From assembly GCF_006345805.1 (NCBI RefSeq), contig NC_043006.1, forward strand, positions 27,528,001 through 27,592,000: a DNA stretch of 64,000 nt, given 5' to 3'. The position numbers and the translations under genes were made by a program. The stretch's first letter is position 1. The number at the start of each line of letters is the position of its first letter. Origin of the DNA: Octopus sinensis (lineage: Eukaryota). This document shows, piece by piece, positions 62,513 to 64,000 of this stretch. The notes beneath the pieces are model-generated. The model saw only the letters and a list, made by a program, of their open reading frames with translations, had not been told where the DNA came from and ran no database searches.

Positions 62513-64000
62513 CTGGAATAAAAAGAGCAATCACTTAATTTTAAAAATAAATACTCATCAACTTCATTGAAGCTTTTTCAGTTTTTTTTTCTTTTCATTT
62601 TGTTTATTTTACTTTATCAAATTTGAGACATGCAGCCAGAGATCCATAATGAACCAATTGCAAAAATGTTATGCTTAGTACAGAGTGCACTATGTTGCTT
62701 TTTTTCATGGCTTAATCAAGTGAGAAAGGTCATCCAAGACTGGTGAGAGAAAGGGGTGATGTTGTCCATAGGCAAGAGACATAGCCTGAATATTTCCAAT
62801 AAAATGGACTTCACTAAAGGACCCCAAAGGTAGCCAGGTGGTGGTGTTAAACTGGGTGATAGGTGAAGTTTACTACTCAAGAACAAGAATGGTCATTATA
62901 ACGACCTTTCACACAGTTTCTGTTATCCAAATTTCAAAACTTTGGTCAACCAAAATCTATGGTAGGAGATATATCACCAAAATGTCAAAGACCATATAGT
63001 CACAAAGCAAACTTCTTAACCATATAGTCATGCTTGCATTCTGGTCTGCTGCATATGGAAATGGAAGAGAGAAATTGAAAATAGAAAGGAAAAGATGCCA
63101 TTGTTGTAATCTAATGGTCAACAGATTTTACCCTATCATCGTATAATCTCCTTGGCAAAGACACTATCATCTGCCTTGACCACCTGCTGTAAATATGTTC
63201 TGTGTCAAAGTACAGTTCATAAACAAAATTAGTAAAGACATCATATAACCATTGAATGTTTTTTCAGCTTGCAGTGATAATCTCAAAAGCTTCTCCTGAG
63301 CCAACAGGAGAACCTCTGAGTGATTATTTAACCTGCCAGAAATAGCAGGTTATACATCCTAAAGTTGTAAAGAAAAGAAAATAATGTAGTTTCTGATATA
63401 CAAAAAGATGAGATGGTCACAGGTACACCTTTAATCATGGAAAGGGATGTAACATGATGATGACAACATCAGTAGTGATGATTAACATCAAATTCACCAT
63501 CATAGTTATCATTGTTGTGTCTAGTTTTATCCCATGTTTGTATGGGTTGCATACTATGTCACCATTGGTTTTGGTCCTTAGTCATTTTTTTCATTACATT
63601 CAACTTCCTGGGTTCAGTTTACACTACTTTATCCCATGTCTTCCTTGGTCTTTTTCTTCTATGCATTCCTTCATCTTGGATTATTTGGCACTTCTTCACT
63701 CAAATGTCATCTTCTATACACATCACATGTCCATACCAGGTCAGTTGACTCTCTTGTACACTATATCTGAATCTTGGCATACCTAATTTTTCTGTCAGTC
63801 TATTTCTGCTCTATCTGCTCTATCTATAAAGCTAACATTACATATCCATCAAAGTATACACATCTCATTCCTTGGTACATCCTTCTCATTCATTGTCTAT
63901 GTTTTGCTACAGTGTAGCATATCATTTCATGAAAAACATTCGAGTGAGGTCGTTGCCAGTGCCGCTGGACTGGCTCCTATGCAGGTGGCACGTAAAAAAC

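Noticed and set aside
63130-63190. Candidate upstream host exon within 62513-64000
   Set aside because: The only open AG..GT segment has no XPG/Asteroid-like motif; upstream exons probably lie outside the window.

Overview
AT-rich, microsatellite-dense eukaryotic DNA dominated by transposon debris. The repeat repertoire looks like an Octopus/cephalopod genome; this is recognition, not a database result. One host gene is supported: six 3' coding exons on the minus strand (62512->47050). All introns are GT-AG with matching phases, and the 378-aa partial product is most like Asteroid/FAM120 PIN(XPG)-family proteins. Its 5' exons lie beyond position 64000. Mobile elements include: a near-intact Penelope-like element (PLE; RT + GIY-YIG, 42036-44639) and several PLE remnants; three RTE-clade LINE copies with a PHD finger inside the RT; R4/Dong-type RLE LINE remnants; an ORF1-only LINE derivative with a 13-bp TSD; Tc1, mariner and hAT remnants; two Helentron/HINE-like elements; and many tRNA-derived SINEs. 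The most notable signal is not visible in the ORF track. About 17 type I (mostly minimal, palindromic-stem-III) hammerhead ribozyme motifs, from intact to decayed and belonging to about ten unrelated sequence families, occur in non-coding elements. These are either direct tandem repeats (retrozyme/pseudo-LTR-like, 365-508-nt periods) or head-to-head palindromes with outward-facing ribozymes, one with tRNA-derived Pol III heads. All folds were read by eye and none has been tested for cleavage. Repeat boundaries are approximate unless a TSD, TIR or splice site is cited.
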